Shown: piece after piece, positions 46,449 to 57,231 of the stretch | How positions within the stretch are numbered: position 1 is the stretch's first letter | How the letters are laid out: every line of letters begins with the position of its first letter | DNA from: Phycisphaerae bacterium | GTDB lineage: Bacteria; Planctomycetota; Phycisphaerae; UBA1845; Fen-1342 | Length of the DNA: 64,000 nt | Reading direction: 5' to 3' | Assembly (NCBI GenBank): GCA_050115495.1 | Contig: JASFQK010000007.1 | Location: 64,001-128,000, forward strand | Position numbers and translations under genes: made by a program | Notes under the pieces: generated by a model | The model's input: the letters and a program-made list of their open reading frames with translations, nothing else | What the model was told of the DNA's origin: nothing | Databases searched by the model: none

Positions 46449-48233
46449 TCAAGGCTCTGTGGCCGGCGGCGGCGGCGCGGTCGGCGTCGCCGGTACATCC
46501 GAAGGCACGTCCATCGGCAGCTTCGGCGGTGGCAGCTTCCCGCCGTCACGCAGCATCGCCGGGAAACTCGAAATGATCGACTCGCCCCTGTCCAGATCCG
46601 CCGCCTGCTCGAGGTTCTTCAACCCCGACTGCTTGTCGCCGGCGTAGTATTCCAGATAACCCAGCAGGAACCGCAGGCGGGCATCGTCCTGTTGCTCCAG
46701 CCGCTTGCGGATGTCCGCCCGGCGGATATCCACGATCTCCCCGCCGCCCATCAACGACTTCAGGTCGAAGTCGAATCGCGACAGCTCCGGATAACGCGAG
46801 AAGCCCTGGACCAGGGCCACCGTGGCCGACAGGTACTCCCCCGCCGCCAGGTACGCGTTGCCCTTGCCGATCAGCGGCAGCGGGTTGAGCGGTTCGAGCC
46901 GGTTGGCCGACTCGTAGCGCCGCGCGGCCTCGTAGTACAGGCCGATCTCGAGCAGCGACTCCGCCTTCAGCAGCTCGTCGTTGAACGCCGAGTCCCCGCC
47001 TCCGTGGAACGTACGGATCGGCGCGTCGAACAGCCGGTTCAGGAACGTCTGCGACTGGTCCACGGCCACGTCGGTGACCAGCCCGGCCACCGCCGGGTCG
47101 TTCTTCATTGCAGCCTGCATGTCGCGGAACCACGCGGCATCCGGCTCACGTTCGAGAGCCAGTCCCAATTGCATATCGGTGAACACGTCCTGACCCGGCA
47201 GGACGCTCGTATCGGTCAGCCGCAACTGTGGCCGCGACGGCGTCCGCGTCGACGGCGCCGGCTCCGTCAAATCCGGCTCGTTCGCCACCGGCCCCAGCGC
47301 GAGCGGCCTGCGCCCCGTCTGCCCCATCCCGGACGCGAACGGATCCTGCCGCAATTCCAGCGGCACCGGCGACAACTCGCCCCGCTGCACCATCTCCAGC
47401 GGCGTACCCAGCGGCGGTCGGCTGCCCGGGACATCCCGCACGCGCATCGCCTCCACCTCACCCGGCTGCGAGAATTCACGCACGCCCGGCTGGGCCACGC
47501 GCGACAGATCGCCCAGTTGGCTTTGCAGACCCGCCACCGGCTCCGGGACGTACAACCCGGTCGCAGACCGCGGCGACGACGACTGGCGCGGCGGCCCGAA
47601 GATCGTGCTACTCAGCTCGGACGAGCCAGTCGGCGTCAGACCGACAATCTGCGAGCTCAACGCCGGCACACCCAGTGCCGACGGGTTCACGGGTGGAGCC
47701 GCGAGGCGCCGATCGAGCCGCAGATCCAGCGGCCCGATGCTGCTACTCCCGACTGGCCCCACGGACAGCGTCCCCACCCCCGGCGTCAACGACCCGTACT
47801 GACCACTGTGCAGTCCCGCCGTGAACACGGTCTGCGACGGATCGAAGTAGGGTGTGGCTGTCATGCCGCTCGAATACACGCCGACGTCGGCCACGCTCAC
47901 CGAGTCCCGTTGGAACGCCGACAGCGCTGAGCTGCCCAGTGACCCTCGAAAAGCTGTGGGCGATGGAATCGGGTTGAAGCCCTGGAACGCCATGCCGCGG
48001 AGGTTGCCGCTCAGCAGGGCGTTGCCGGTGAGCAACGGCGACACCGGCCGCGCGTAGTTGTACCCGCCGCTGCCGACCTGCGGATTCGCGTCGAGCAGAC
48101 GGCCGTTCTGCTGAACCGCGTACTGTGCCTGCGCCAGCCCGACACCGCCGACCACGCAGGCCACCGCGGCCGCCACGCGCCACAGCGCGGGCTGCCATCG
48201 GTACGTTGCCGATCCCGCTTGCCTTGCTGCCAT
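46449..48233 (-). CDS. Secreted protein with low-complexity middle and C-terminal TPR
   Basis: Signal segment ending GLAQA. C-terminal YYEAARRYE...GNAYLAAGEY...FLLGYLEY. TATAAT at 48293-48288 upstream. Alternative start 48257. Confidence 0.7.
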   Translation of the reverse strand: MAARQAGSATYRWQPALWRVAAAVACVVGGVGLAQAQYAVQQNGRLLDANPQVGSGGYNYARPVSPLLTGNALLSGNLRGMAFQGFNPIPSPTAFRGSLGSSALSAFQRDSVSVADVGVYSSGMTATPYFDPSQTVFTAGLHSGQYGSLTPGVGTLSVGPVGSSSIGPLDLRLDRRLAAPPVNPSALGVPALSSQIVGLTPTGSSELSSTIFGPPRQSSSPRSATGLYVPEPVAGLQSQLGDLSRVAQPGVREFSQPGEVEAMRVRDVPGSRPPLGTPLEMVQRGELSPVPLELRQDPFASGMGQTGRRPLALGPVANEPDLTEPAPSTRTPSRPQLRLTDTSVLPGQDVFTDMQLGLALEREPDAAWFRDMQAAMKNDPAVAGLVTDVAVDQSQTFLNRLFDAPIRTFHGGGDSAFNDELLKAESLLEIGLYYEAARRYESANRLEPLNPLPLIGKGNAYLAAGEYLSATVALVQGFSRYPELSRFDFDLKSLMGGGEIVDIRRADIRKRLEQQDDARLRFLLGYLEYYAGDKQSGLKNLEQAADLDRGESIISSFPAMLRDGGKLPPPKLPMDVPSDVPATPTAPPPPATEP

Positions 48234-48333
48234 GGTGTATCCTCGCGCCGAGTCCATCAGGATTCGTTCGCTTCTGCGCCCAATAGCATTATACGAGAGC
48301 CCGACCCACCGTGCAGCACGGCCGGGCCCGCCC

Positions 48334-49065
48334 TCAGGCCAGGTGCCGCCCGCCGTCCACCGGCAGCACGACCCCCGTGATGTAATCACCGTCCCTCAGC
48401 ACAAACTCCACGGCGGCGGCCACGTCGTCGGCCGAACCGGCCCGCTGGAGCGGGATCTTCGCCGTCAGCCGCGCCCGCGTCTGGGCATCATACGACTCCG
48501 GCCAGGCGGCCACGCCGGGGGCGATCCCCACCACGTTCACGCCCGGCGCCAGGGCCCGGGCCAGCACGTGGGTCAACGTGTCCAGGGCTCCTTTCGACAC
48601 GATGTACGCCAGGTGTTCGGGCCACGGCTGGCCGACGGCGGCGTCAGTGACGTTCACCACCCGCCCGCCGGCCTGCGCTAGCGCCTCGTGCGCCGCCGCC
48701 ACCAGGACCATCGGCGTGGTCAGATTGACCCGCAGCGTACGCTCCCAGTCGGCCACGTCGAACGTCGTCACGTTCATCCGCTCGAAGACCGAGGCGTTGT
48801 TCACCAGCACGTCCAGCCGACCGAAACGCTCCAGCACCGCGGGCACGAGCCGCGCCGCCTGCCCGGGATCGCCCAGGTCCGCCTGGAACGTCGCCGCCGT
48901 CACGCCGCAGGCCTGGCAGTCCGCCACCGTCTGGCGAGCTTCCGCGGCCGACGCCCGGTAATGCACGGCGATCTGGCAGCCGGCGCGCGCCAGCCGCAGC
49001 GCGATCGCTCGCCCCACCCGTCGGGCCCCACCCGTCACCAGCACGACCCGCCCGTCAAGCTCCAT
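48334..49065 (-). CDS. SDR oxidoreductase, pteridine reductase/FolM-like
   Basis: VTGGARRVGRAI, VHYR.S, LVNNASVF, YIVSK, VDGGRHL. Confidence 0.88.
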   Translation of the reverse strand: MELDGRVVLVTGGARRVGRAIALRLARAGCQIAVHYRASAAEARQTVADCQACGVTAATFQADLGDPGQAARLVPAVLERFGRLDVLVNNASVFERMNVTTFDVADWERTLRVNLTTPMVLVAAAHEALAQAGGRVVNVTDAAVGQPWPEHLAYIVSKGALDTLTHVLARALAPGVNVVGIAPGVAAWPESYDAQTRARLTAKIPLQRAGSADDVAAAVEFVLRDGDYITGVVLPVDGGRHLA

Positions 49066-49834
49066 CCACGCCACCTCGCTCCACGCCGTAGCGGACCCAC
49101 TCCAGCGTCAGCCCGTGCGGCGGTACGGTCGGCCCGGCCAGGCTGCGATCGCCGGTCGCCAGGATCTCGGCGATGCGCTCGGGCGGCCAGTGCCCCCGCC
49201 CGATCTCAATCAGCGTGCCGACCATGATGCGCACCTGGTTGTACAAAAAGCCGTCGCCCTCGACGTCGATGAGCACTTCGTGGTAGCGCTGCTCGATACC
49301 GATCCGCGTCACCGTCCGCACGGTCGTCTCGCGCGGGGCACCCAGGTTGGCCATCCCCGCGAAGTCGTGCCGCCCGACCAGCAGCGCCGCCGCCGACCGC
49401 ATGCGGTCCAGATCCAGCCGGTACCACACGTGCCAGCAGAACCGACCGTCGTGGTCGCGGACGGGCCGGCACTCGCGCGGCGCGTTGTACAGCCGATAGC
49501 GGTACCGCTTGCCCACCGCGGCGCGCGTGGCGTGAAACGCCGCCGCCACGTCCGTCACGTGCACCACCGCCAAGTCGTCCGGCAGACGATGCTCGAGCGC
49601 CCGTCGCAGGCTCTCCGGCGGAATCGGGGCGGTCGTCCGGAATTGGGCCACCTGCCCGCGAGCATGCACGCCGGCGTCGGTGCGACTGGCCCCCACGAGC
49701 ACGGTCGGCTGGCGAACGACGCGACAGACCGCGTCCTGGAGCACGCCCTGCACGGTGCGCAGGCCCGGCTGGATCTGCCAGCCGTGGAACTCCGTTCCGT
49801 CGTAGGCCACGATGAGCTTGACGTTACGCTCCAT
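49055..49834 (-). CDS. truA: tRNA pseudouridine(38-40) synthase
   Basis: YDGTEFHGWQIQ, ASRTDAGVHARGQV, FHA, GRHDF, GDGFLYNQVRIMVGTL, PPHGL.L. Confidence 0.96.
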   Translation of the reverse strand: MERNVKLIVAYDGTEFHGWQIQPGLRTVQGVLQDAVCRVVRQPTVLVGASRTDAGVHARGQVAQFRTTAPIPPESLRRALEHRLPDDLAVVHVTDVAAAFHATRAAVGKRYRYRLYNAPRECRPVRDHDGRFCWHVWYRLDLDRMRSAAALLVGRHDFAGMANLGAPRETTVRTVTRIGIEQRYHEVLIDVEGDGFLYNQVRIMVGTLIEIGRGHWPPERIAEILATGDRSLAGPTVPPHGLTLEWVRYGVERGGVDGA

Positions 49835-49902
49835 CGCCGCCCATGGTACTGCGGCCCCGGCGCAGCGCACACCCGCGCCGCGCCGCCGGGCTCACGTCCC
49901 GC

Positions 49903-52230
49903 CTACGCGTCCTTGTCGTCCGGCGGCTGCGGAAGGTCGCCGATGCCCAGATCGTCGTCATCCGGCGACCCGGCCGGGATCTCCGGCACGCCGGGCAGCT
50001 CCGGCGGAATCGTCTCGTCGCTGCTGTAATCGTAGAACTCGCGGTACTGCTGGCGGAAGTAGCCGCCGGCCCGCGCCTGCACGCCGTCGAGCACGGCGCC
50101 GACGATGTGCGCGTTGACCTTTTCGAGCTGCTCGCGGGCCCGCTTCAGAACGCCCTTCGAGTTCTCCACCGCCCGGGCCACCAGGATCACGCCGTCCACC
50201 TGCGTGGCCACAACCAGGCCGTCGCTGATCAGCAGCACCGGCGGGCCGTCGAGGATCACCCGGTCGTACCGCGTGCGGGCCTCCTGGATCAGGTCGCGCA
50301 GGTGCGCCGGTCCCAACAGGTCGGCCGGTGTCGGCGGCATCGGCCCGCTGCTGAGCACGTCCAGGTTGGGCACTTCGGTGTGCGTGATCAGGTCCGCCAG
50401 CTGCGCCTGCCCGATCAGCACGTTGCTCAGGCCCTCCGGCCGCGTGCCCTTGAAAGCCGTCCGAATCGCCGGCCGGCGGAAGTTGCAGTCGATCAGCAGC
50501 ACCTTCTCGTTGCCCTGGGCCAGCGTGACCGCCAGGTTGATGGCGACGGTCGTCTTGCCGTTGCCGGCGCTCGGGCTGGTCACCAGCAGCACGCGCTGCG
50601 TCTCCGCCGGTCCGCTGAAGACCAGGTTGGCCCGCACCTGGCGGAACGCCTCGGCCACGAGTGACTGTGGCGCCGCCCGCGCGGCCATCTCGATCTCTTC
50701 CACGTTGGCCTCTTCGTCGTCGAGCTGCGGGATGCAGCCCAGCACCGAGAGGCGCCCATGCCGAGCGACGTCGATCGGCGTGCGGATGGCCTTGTCCGTC
50801 AGCTCTCGCAGGAAGGCCAGCCCCACCGCCCCGGCCAGGGCCAGGGCCACGCCGCCGCTCAGCCACAGCAGCACGTTCGGCCGCGACGGCTTCACTGCCT
50901 TTCTCGGCCGTTGCACGAGGTTCAGCCGCGGCGCTTTCGGGGCAGCGGCCACCAGGTGCTGGTATTCCATCACCGCTTCGTCGATCTGTTCGAGCTGCTT
51001 CTCCAGGCGCTCCTCGTCGGCGATCATCGACTCGTAGCGCATGGATGACGAGTCCAGGTCCTTCAGGCGAGCCTCCTGCTCCTCGAGCTGGTCCTGCGCC
51101 TGGGCCTGCACGGCGCGCACGCGGGCCAGCTCCTGGCTCAGCGAGTCCACGCGCCGTTCGCGCAGATCGTCCAGCAGCTCTTCCCGCCGGGCCACCTCGC
51201 GATCGTAGTAGCCCTGCCGGCGGGCCTGCAGCATCTGCAAGTGCCGGCTGTTCTCGCCGGCCAGATACGTCCGGGCGATGCTGATCTCGACGTCGAGCGC
51301 TTCCACCTGCTGCCGGTACAGCCGCAGGATCGGATCGGCCTCGACGATCAGCCGGTCCTCGGGCGAGATGGGCAGACGCCGCGGATCAATGCCCTGCACC
51401 GCGTCGAGCTGGGCCTGCAGGTCCGCCACGCGCGTATCGAACGTGTTCACCGTATAGGTCTGGTCGGCGATGCTGCGGACCAGCGTGTCCTGCTCCGACT
51501 CGAGGGCCCCGACGTTGGTCTGCGTCCGGAACTTGGCCAGCTCCTCGCGCTGCCGCAGCAGTTTGCCCGTTACGTCAGCCTGCGTTTCCTCCAGGTCCTT
51601 CAGATCCTGGCGGCCCTTGTTCTCCGTCTCCTGCTTGTATCGCTCCAGGTAGCGGTCGACGATCGTCTGCACCAGCAGCACGGCCTCGTCCGGATTGCGC
51701 AAAGAGAGGCTCACGGAGATGAGCTGCGTCTCGCGGATCGGATCGACCGACAGCATGCTCTCCAGGTCGTACAGGCACTCCTCGAAATCCCCCTCGTACC
51801 ACCGGAAGAACGCCGTCTGCTTCACTTCCGGCTGGCTGAGCGCATCCTGCAACACGTCCAGACGGTAGATCTTCGTGGCCTCCGTCTTCGTCAGCGTGTC
51901 CATGATGCTGGGCATGACCAGCGGATCCGTCGGGTTGAACACGTCCTCCAGCGGCGGCTTCAGTTGCAGCACGGCCCGCGCCGGATACGCCGGGAACCAC
52001 TTCCAGACGATCAGCGTCGCCGCCACCACCATCATGTATAGAACCACGAAGGCGATGAAGATCAGCAACTTGTGCTGTTTCAGCACCCGCCCGAAGTCGG
52101 AGAAGGTCAGCCCCCCTTCGGTACCCGGCGCCGTGCTTGCCGCCGGCCCGGCGGTCACGAGCTGCGCCTCCGACAACTGGACGATCTGTTGGGCGTCGCC
52201 AACCGTACTCATCTCACTATCTCCGTTCAC
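49903..52230 (-). CDS. wzc: Polysaccharide co-polymerase / tyrosine autokinase (Wzc-like)
   Basis: Two TMs around a coiled coil. AEAFRQVR, SPSAGNGKTT Walker A, LIDCNFRRP, ILDGPP, C-terminal Tyr cluster YFRQQYREFYDY. Start 52230 or 52212. Confidence 0.92.
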   Translation of the reverse strand: MNGDSEMSTVGDAQQIVQLSEAQLVTAGPAASTAPGTEGGLTFSDFGRVLKQHKLLIFIAFVVLYMMVVAATLIVWKWFPAYPARAVLQLKPPLEDVFNPTDPLVMPSIMDTLTKTEATKIYRLDVLQDALSQPEVKQTAFFRWYEGDFEECLYDLESMLSVDPIRETQLISVSLSLRNPDEAVLLVQTIVDRYLERYKQETENKGRQDLKDLEETQADVTGKLLRQREELAKFRTQTNVGALESEQDTLVRSIADQTYTVNTFDTRVADLQAQLDAVQGIDPRRLPISPEDRLIVEADPILRLYRQQVEALDVEISIARTYLAGENSRHLQMLQARRQGYYDREVARREELLDDLRERRVDSLSQELARVRAVQAQAQDQLEEQEARLKDLDSSSMRYESMIADEERLEKQLEQIDEAVMEYQHLVAAAPKAPRLNLVQRPRKAVKPSRPNVLLWLSGGVALALAGAVGLAFLRELTDKAIRTPIDVARHGRLSVLGCIPQLDDEEANVEEIEMAARAAPQSLVAEAFRQVRANLVFSGPAETQRVLLVTSPSAGNGKTTVAINLAVTLAQGNEKVLLIDCNFRRPAIRTAFKGTRPEGLSNVLIGQAQLADLITHTEVPNLDVLSSGPMPPTPADLLGPAHLRDLIQEARTRYDRVILDGPPVLLISDGLVVATQVDGVILVARAVENSKGVLKRAREQLEKVNAHIVGAVLDGVQARAGGYFRQQYREFYDYSSDETIPPELPGVPEIPAGSPDDDDLGIGDLPQPPDDKDA

Positions 52231-52275
52231 ACGCCGACGGCGGCCGCGCCCCGAGGGCCGGCACCGCCGCTACGT

Positions 52276-55200
52276 CTACGGCAACCGCTTCAGCGCGTCC
52301 TCGATCTGTTGCGTGTACGGCCCGTCTCCGTAGCGTGCCGCCACGGCCCGGGCCCGCTCCAGAATCGTGCGCGCTTCCGTGTTGCGCCCACGGTCAACCA
52401 GCAGCAGACCCAGGTGCAGGTTCACCGCCACGTTCTCCTGGTCGAGCGCGAGTGCTTGTCGCAAAGTCACCTCGGCCTGCTCGTATTTGGCGTTCTTGAA
52501 GTACACCCAGCCAACCGTGTCCAACACGTTGGCGTTGCGCGGTTCCTGTTCGTAAGCCGCCTCGGCGTAGCTGAGCGCCTCCTGCGGCCGATCGGCCTTG
52601 TCCGCCAACAGGTACGCCAGGTTGTTGAGCGCCGTCGCATACGCTGGGAAGGCCCGCACCACACCCTCCAGCACGCGCACCGCCTCCGCCACCTGCCCCG
52701 TCTCGTCCAGGGCCTGCGCCTGCAGCAACTGCGTGGCCACGTGATCCGCGGCGTCTCCCGCAGTGCTGGCCAGCGCCGGCTTCAGCACCTCCATCGCCTC
52801 CGTCGCCTTCCCGTCGCCCAGAAGCTGCGCGGCCAGCGCGTTCCGCAGCCGCAGCCCGGCCGGCGTGTCGGCCGGGGATCGCTCGGCCACCTTCCGCAGG
52901 GACGCGGTAATCTGGTCCCGGGCCACGTACTCCCGTGAGAAACCGACCACAGCCTGCAAGGTGTTCGCCGCCTCGGCGGCCCCTGTTTCCATCCCCGCCT
53001 CGAGCTGGGCCAGGGCATCGTCCATACGCTTCAGCGTGACGTAGCCTCGGATCACCGAGGCCCGCACGATCGCCGGCACCTGCTGCGTCCGCGACAGCAC
53101 CTGCTCGAACACCTGAATCGCCTGCGCCGCCTGGCCCATGGCGATCTGCGCGTCCAGCCGGAACGCCAGGCAACGCATGAACAGCCCGAAGTCCTGCGGC
53201 TGGGCCAGCCGCTCCGCCCGCTGGAAGTAATCCACGGCGGACTCGTACTGGGCCCGGGCCGCGGCGCGGTACCGCTCCTCGTCCGACCGCTTGCCCGCCT
53301 GGGCCGCCTCGTCGGCCAGTCGCGTCGAGCGTAGCGCCTCGGACACGCACACCGACGCGAACCGCTGCGGCCACGCCGCCGAACTCTGATCCCGATTCAT
53401 GAACTCGCTGGCCAGATTCTTGGCCTTGTCGAACTGCCCCGTGCGCGTCAGCAGCGTCAGCAGCGTGGTGACCGTCGCGTTGACCGCCTCGCCGCCTTCC
53501 GGATCCTGACGCTGCACGTCCATAAGCTGCCGCAACTCCGCCTCGGCCAGCTCGGCCCGGCCCGACACCTCGTACAGTCCGGCCAGTTCAGTGCACACCT
53601 TCTGGTACAGGCTGCCGTCCGGCGACGCCAACCAGCGCGCCACCACCTGCGGATTGTCACTCGACGGCTTCAACTGCTCCCGGGCCAGCAGCAGATCTTC
53701 GCGGGCCTCGGCGTACTTGCCGAAACGCACCGACAGCCGTCCGCGGGCCAGCAGCGACCACACGTGATTCGGCGACACGCGCAGCACCTGCCCCAGCAGT
53801 TCGTGGGCCTTGGTCAGCTCCCGCTGGGACAGCCGCAACTGCGCCATGGCGATCAGCCCGTTGGCATCCTCGGGGTAATCCGCCTGATAGGTCGCCAGCT
53901 CCGTGCCCGCGTCGCCGTAACGCCCCAGGCTCAGCAAACCCTGAATGATCGTCAGCCGAGCGTATTGCCGCCGGGCCGTATCCTGCGGATCGTCGGCACG
54001 CAGCTTGTCGAGCACCCAGCGACAGGCGTCGATCATCGCCTCCTGCCGCCCGTCGTTGCGCCGATAGAACTCGACCAGCTCGAAGGCCACGCTCAGCAGC
54101 GTGCTCCGCCGTTCGTCGGGGTCCGTGATATCCGCCTCGACGACGCGCTTGCCGTCCTGGTAGGCCGCCTCTGCCGCGCCGAGGTCGCCCAGCCGCTCGT
54201 AGAACTTGCCGAGCAGCACCTGGGCGTAGGCCCGCTCCTTGCCCGACTGGCTTTCCAGGTAGGCGCGCAGATGCTGCTCGCCCTCCTGCCGCCGGCCGGT
54301 CGACGCGTAGAACTGCGCCGCTGCCACGGCCAGATCGGTGTTGGCCGGAGCCAGACGCAGTCCCTCCTGCAAGCGCTCGGCCGCCTGCGCTTCGTCGCCC
54401 ACCTTCGCGTAGAGCTGCGCCAGGCGAATCAGGTTGGGCACATCGTCCGGGGTGGCGGTGCGCTGCTGCTCGCGCTTGTCGATACCCGCCCGCGGATTGT
54501 CTTCCTCGTCGAGAAACTCAGCCCGCTCGCGGATGAACGGGTCGTCCGGCCGTAGCTTGCGGGCGTCGAGCAGATGCGACACACCGCCATCCGGCGGCCG
54601 CCGGCTGCCCGTCATGCTCTGGTAGGTCACGTACAACAGCTTGTGCGCGTTGAAATCCAGCGGGTTGAGCTGCACCGCCACTTCGAGGGCCTCGGCGGCC
54701 TCATCGAGCTGCCCGGCGGCCAGCAGGGCCCGCGCCAGCCAAACCTGCATCGTGCTCGTCCGCGGCAGCATGTCCCGCGCCATCCGGAACTCGCGCACCG
54801 CCACGTCCGGCTTGCTCTGGGCCAGCGCCAATTGCCCGCGGTACGTCGCCCCACCGGCGTTGTCCGCGTTCAGCCGCGCCAACAACGCCACGTACTGCGC
54901 CGCCCGGTCGTAACGCTCCAGCCGCAACGACGCGAAGAACTGGTTCGCCAGCACTTCCGAATCGTCTGGGTTGTCCTTCTCCAACTGGTCCAGGTAGGGA
55001 AGCACCTGCTCCCACTCGCCCCGCTCGGTGTAGTAGTTGACCCACCAGTTCGTCCGGACCACCGGATCCGGCTCGGCCTGGATCAGTTCACGCAGCCTGG
55101 CCTCGAACTCCTCCGGCGTCAGGTCCTCCAGCAACAGCTCGTATTGCCCCAGCAGACGCGCGATCCGCTCGTCACTGCCGAAGCGCTGCCGCACGCCCGC

Positions 55201-57213
55201 CAGAATCTGCCGACCCTGCTCCTGCTCCTTGGCCTGCACCAGCATCGGCACGAGCAGCCGCAGCACCGGCGATACCTGGCTCACGCGGAATTCCGGATGA
55301 CTCAGCGCCTCGCTGTACAGCTTGATCGCCGTCGGGACGTCGCCATCCATGCGGGCTCCGTACGCCTGCGTCAGCGTGCCCGACACGCCCCCGAGCCCTG
55401 CCGCCGCCGGCGCCAGCGCTTCCCGCGCCTCGCCTTCGCGACCTTCCTGCTGCAAGGACCCGGCCTCGATCGCCGCCAGCCGCAGCCGCACCGTCTCGTT
55501 GCTGGCCAGTTCGTCGGCGTAGTCTCGCCGCAGTTCCGCGGCGCTGTCCCGGGCCTGCTGGGTCTGCCCCAGCGTGCTCAGCAGCTCCGCACGGTTCAGC
55601 ATCAGGGCCAGCGGGGGCTTGGCCCCGTCCCGATAGAGCTGGATGACCGGTGTGGCGTGTTCGCGCAGCGCCATCTCCGTGTAGCGCAACGACTCACCCG
55701 GTTGCCGCAGGTCGCGGTAGAGCAACGCCAGCCGATCGACCGGCAACTCGCCCCGGAACACTTCGAACCACATGCGGGGGTAGTACGGGCCGGTGTCCGC
55801 GTCCGCCCGGGCCTGGGCCTTCTCGAACGATTGGGCTGCGACCAACAGGTCGTTCTGCATCAGCGCCGCCTGGCCGCGCATGTAGTGGGCGAACGCCTCG
55901 TCCCGGTACCGCACCTCGGTCTCGTCCAGGAACCGGTTCACCCACGTCCAGCGCTGCTGCCGCTCGGCGCCGGTGACGGCCAGGGCATAGCCCAGCGCCG
56001 TCGTAAACGCCCGGCCATACAGCACCCGGTGCTGGTAATCGCCCAGTGCCGCGTGCAGGCTGCGCACGCCCACCGTTCCATCGATGGCTTCGGCGAACAC
56101 CTTCAGCGACGCTTCGTAGGCCGCCGGCGTGATGTCCGGTGAATCCCCGTGCTCCTCGTAATCCCGGGCCAGCTCGATCTGACCCAGCAGCGTCCAGGCT
56201 TCGTAGAGGGCCCGCTCCAGCTCGACGGCCCGCCGGGCGTGCGTCGTCGCCTGCGTGAGCAGGTCGCTGAACGCCTCGGCCGACAGCGTGTCCCGCTCGC
56301 GCAGCGCCGACCGGAACAGCAACTGGGCCAGGCCGAATTGCAGATCGGGATCCCCCTCCTGGGCGGTCAGGGCCTGCTCGAACACCTGCCGGGCCTCTGC
56401 CGGCTGGCCCTGGTTCTCCAGTGTGCGAGCGTACGTCTCCACCAGGCGTCGGTCGCCCGGATGGGCCGCGATGCCCGCTTTCAGGGCCTCCACCGCTGCT
56501 GCCATGAACTCGCTACCGATCGCCTCGATGTCCTCTGCCGAGGCCCCTTCTTCCCGCGCCTGCGCCACGCGCATGGCGGCCTTTCGCCGGGCGACCTCGA
56601 TACGCGTTCGCACCACGCGCGGATCGTCCGGGGCCAGCCTCTCCGCTTCCTGGAAGGCCTCGTCACCAGCCGCCCATTCCGGCGAATCCGGATCGTCGCG
56701 ATGCTCCACCATCGCCCAGCGGGCCGCGGCGACGCTCAGTGGCCCCAGCACATTCTCCGGGTCCACTTCGCGCAGCGTCTCCGCGTATTCAAGCATCCTC
56801 GTCCGCACCACCGGCGCCATGCCACGCTCCGGTGGGAACAGGTCCCAGTTGATCCGCAGATAGGTCTCCAGCACCTCCACGTCCTGCGGCTGCTCGGCGC
56901 GGGCCCGCTCCAGCGTGCCCATAGCCCCGTGGTAGTCCCCGTACTGCAAGGCGCATTCGGCCAGCTTGACGAGGTAGCTGACGTCCATCGGCCCGCCGCC
57001 GACCGGCTTGCTCGCCCGGTAGGCGCGGTCGAAGTAGTTCATGGCCAGCTCCATGTCGCCGGCCTCGCGCTCCTTGACCGCCTTGGCCTCCCAGAAATGC
57101 GGATCCTTGCGCGCTCCGCGGCTCGTGGCCAGGGCCACCACAATCACCGTGAGCAGGATGCCCATCACCGTGAGAAACGCGACCAGGTTCTTGTTTACGC
57201 GTTTGCGAGCCAT
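52276..57213 (-). CDS. Giant TPR-repeat protein with N-terminal membrane anchor
   Basis: N-terminal TM and many TPR-like helices. Ends ALNNLAYLLA...VLDTVGWVYFK...HLG. Confidence 0.85.
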   Translation of the reverse strand: MARKRVNKNLVAFLTVMGILLTVIVVALATSRGARKDPHFWEAKAVKEREAGDMELAMNYFDRAYRASKPVGGGPMDVSYLVKLAECALQYGDYHGAMGTLERARAEQPQDVEVLETYLRINWDLFPPERGMAPVVRTRMLEYAETLREVDPENVLGPLSVAAARWAMVEHRDDPDSPEWAAGDEAFQEAERLAPDDPRVVRTRIEVARRKAAMRVAQAREEGASAEDIEAIGSEFMAAAVEALKAGIAAHPGDRRLVETYARTLENQGQPAEARQVFEQALTAQEGDPDLQFGLAQLLFRSALRERDTLSAEAFSDLLTQATTHARRAVELERALYEAWTLLGQIELARDYEEHGDSPDITPAAYEASLKVFAEAIDGTVGVRSLHAALGDYQHRVLYGRAFTTALGYALAVTGAERQQRWTWVNRFLDETEVRYRDEAFAHYMRGQAALMQNDLLVAAQSFEKAQARADADTGPYYPRMWFEVFRGELPVDRLALLYRDLRQPGESLRYTEMALREHATPVIQLYRDGAKPPLALMLNRAELLSTLGQTQQARDSAAELRRDYADELASNETVRLRLAAIEAGSLQQEGREGEAREALAPAAAGLGGVSGTLTQAYGARMDGDVPTAIKLYSEALSHPEFRVSQVSPVLRLLVPMLVQAKEQEQGRQILAGVRQRFGSDERIARLLGQYELLLEDLTPEEFEARLRELIQAEPDPVVRTNWWVNYYTERGEWEQVLPYLDQLEKDNPDDSEVLANQFFASLRLERYDRAAQYVALLARLNADNAGGATYRGQLALAQSKPDVAVREFRMARDMLPRTSTMQVWLARALLAAGQLDEAAEALEVAVQLNPLDFNAHKLLYVTYQSMTGSRRPPDGGVSHLLDARKLRPDDPFIRERAEFLDEEDNPRAGIDKREQQRTATPDDVPNLIRLAQLYAKVGDEAQAAERLQEGLRLAPANTDLAVAAAQFYASTGRRQEGEQHLRAYLESQSGKERAYAQVLLGKFYERLGDLGAAEAAYQDGKRVVEADITDPDERRSTLLSVAFELVEFYRRNDGRQEAMIDACRWVLDKLRADDPQDTARRQYARLTIIQGLLSLGRYGDAGTELATYQADYPEDANGLIAMAQLRLSQRELTKAHELLGQVLRVSPNHVWSLLARGRLSVRFGKYAEAREDLLLAREQLKPSSDNPQVVARWLASPDGSLYQKVCTELAGLYEVSGRAELAEAELRQLMDVQRQDPEGGEAVNATVTTLLTLLTRTGQFDKAKNLASEFMNRDQSSAAWPQRFASVCVSEALRSTRLADEAAQAGKRSDEERYRAAARAQYESAVDYFQRAERLAQPQDFGLFMRCLAFRLDAQIAMGQAAQAIQVFEQVLSRTQQVPAIVRASVIRGYVTLKRMDDALAQLEAGMETGAAEAANTLQAVVGFSREYVARDQITASLRKVAERSPADTPAGLRLRNALAAQLLGDGKATEAMEVLKPALASTAGDAADHVATQLLQAQALDETGQVAEAVRVLEGVVRAFPAYATALNNLAYLLADKADRPQEALSYAEAAYEQEPRNANVLDTVGWVYFKNAKYEQAEVTLRQALALDQENVAVNLHLGLLLVDRGRNTEARTILERARAVAARYGDGPYTQQIEDALKRLP

Positions 57214-57231
57214 GTCCGCCTGCCCTCTCGA

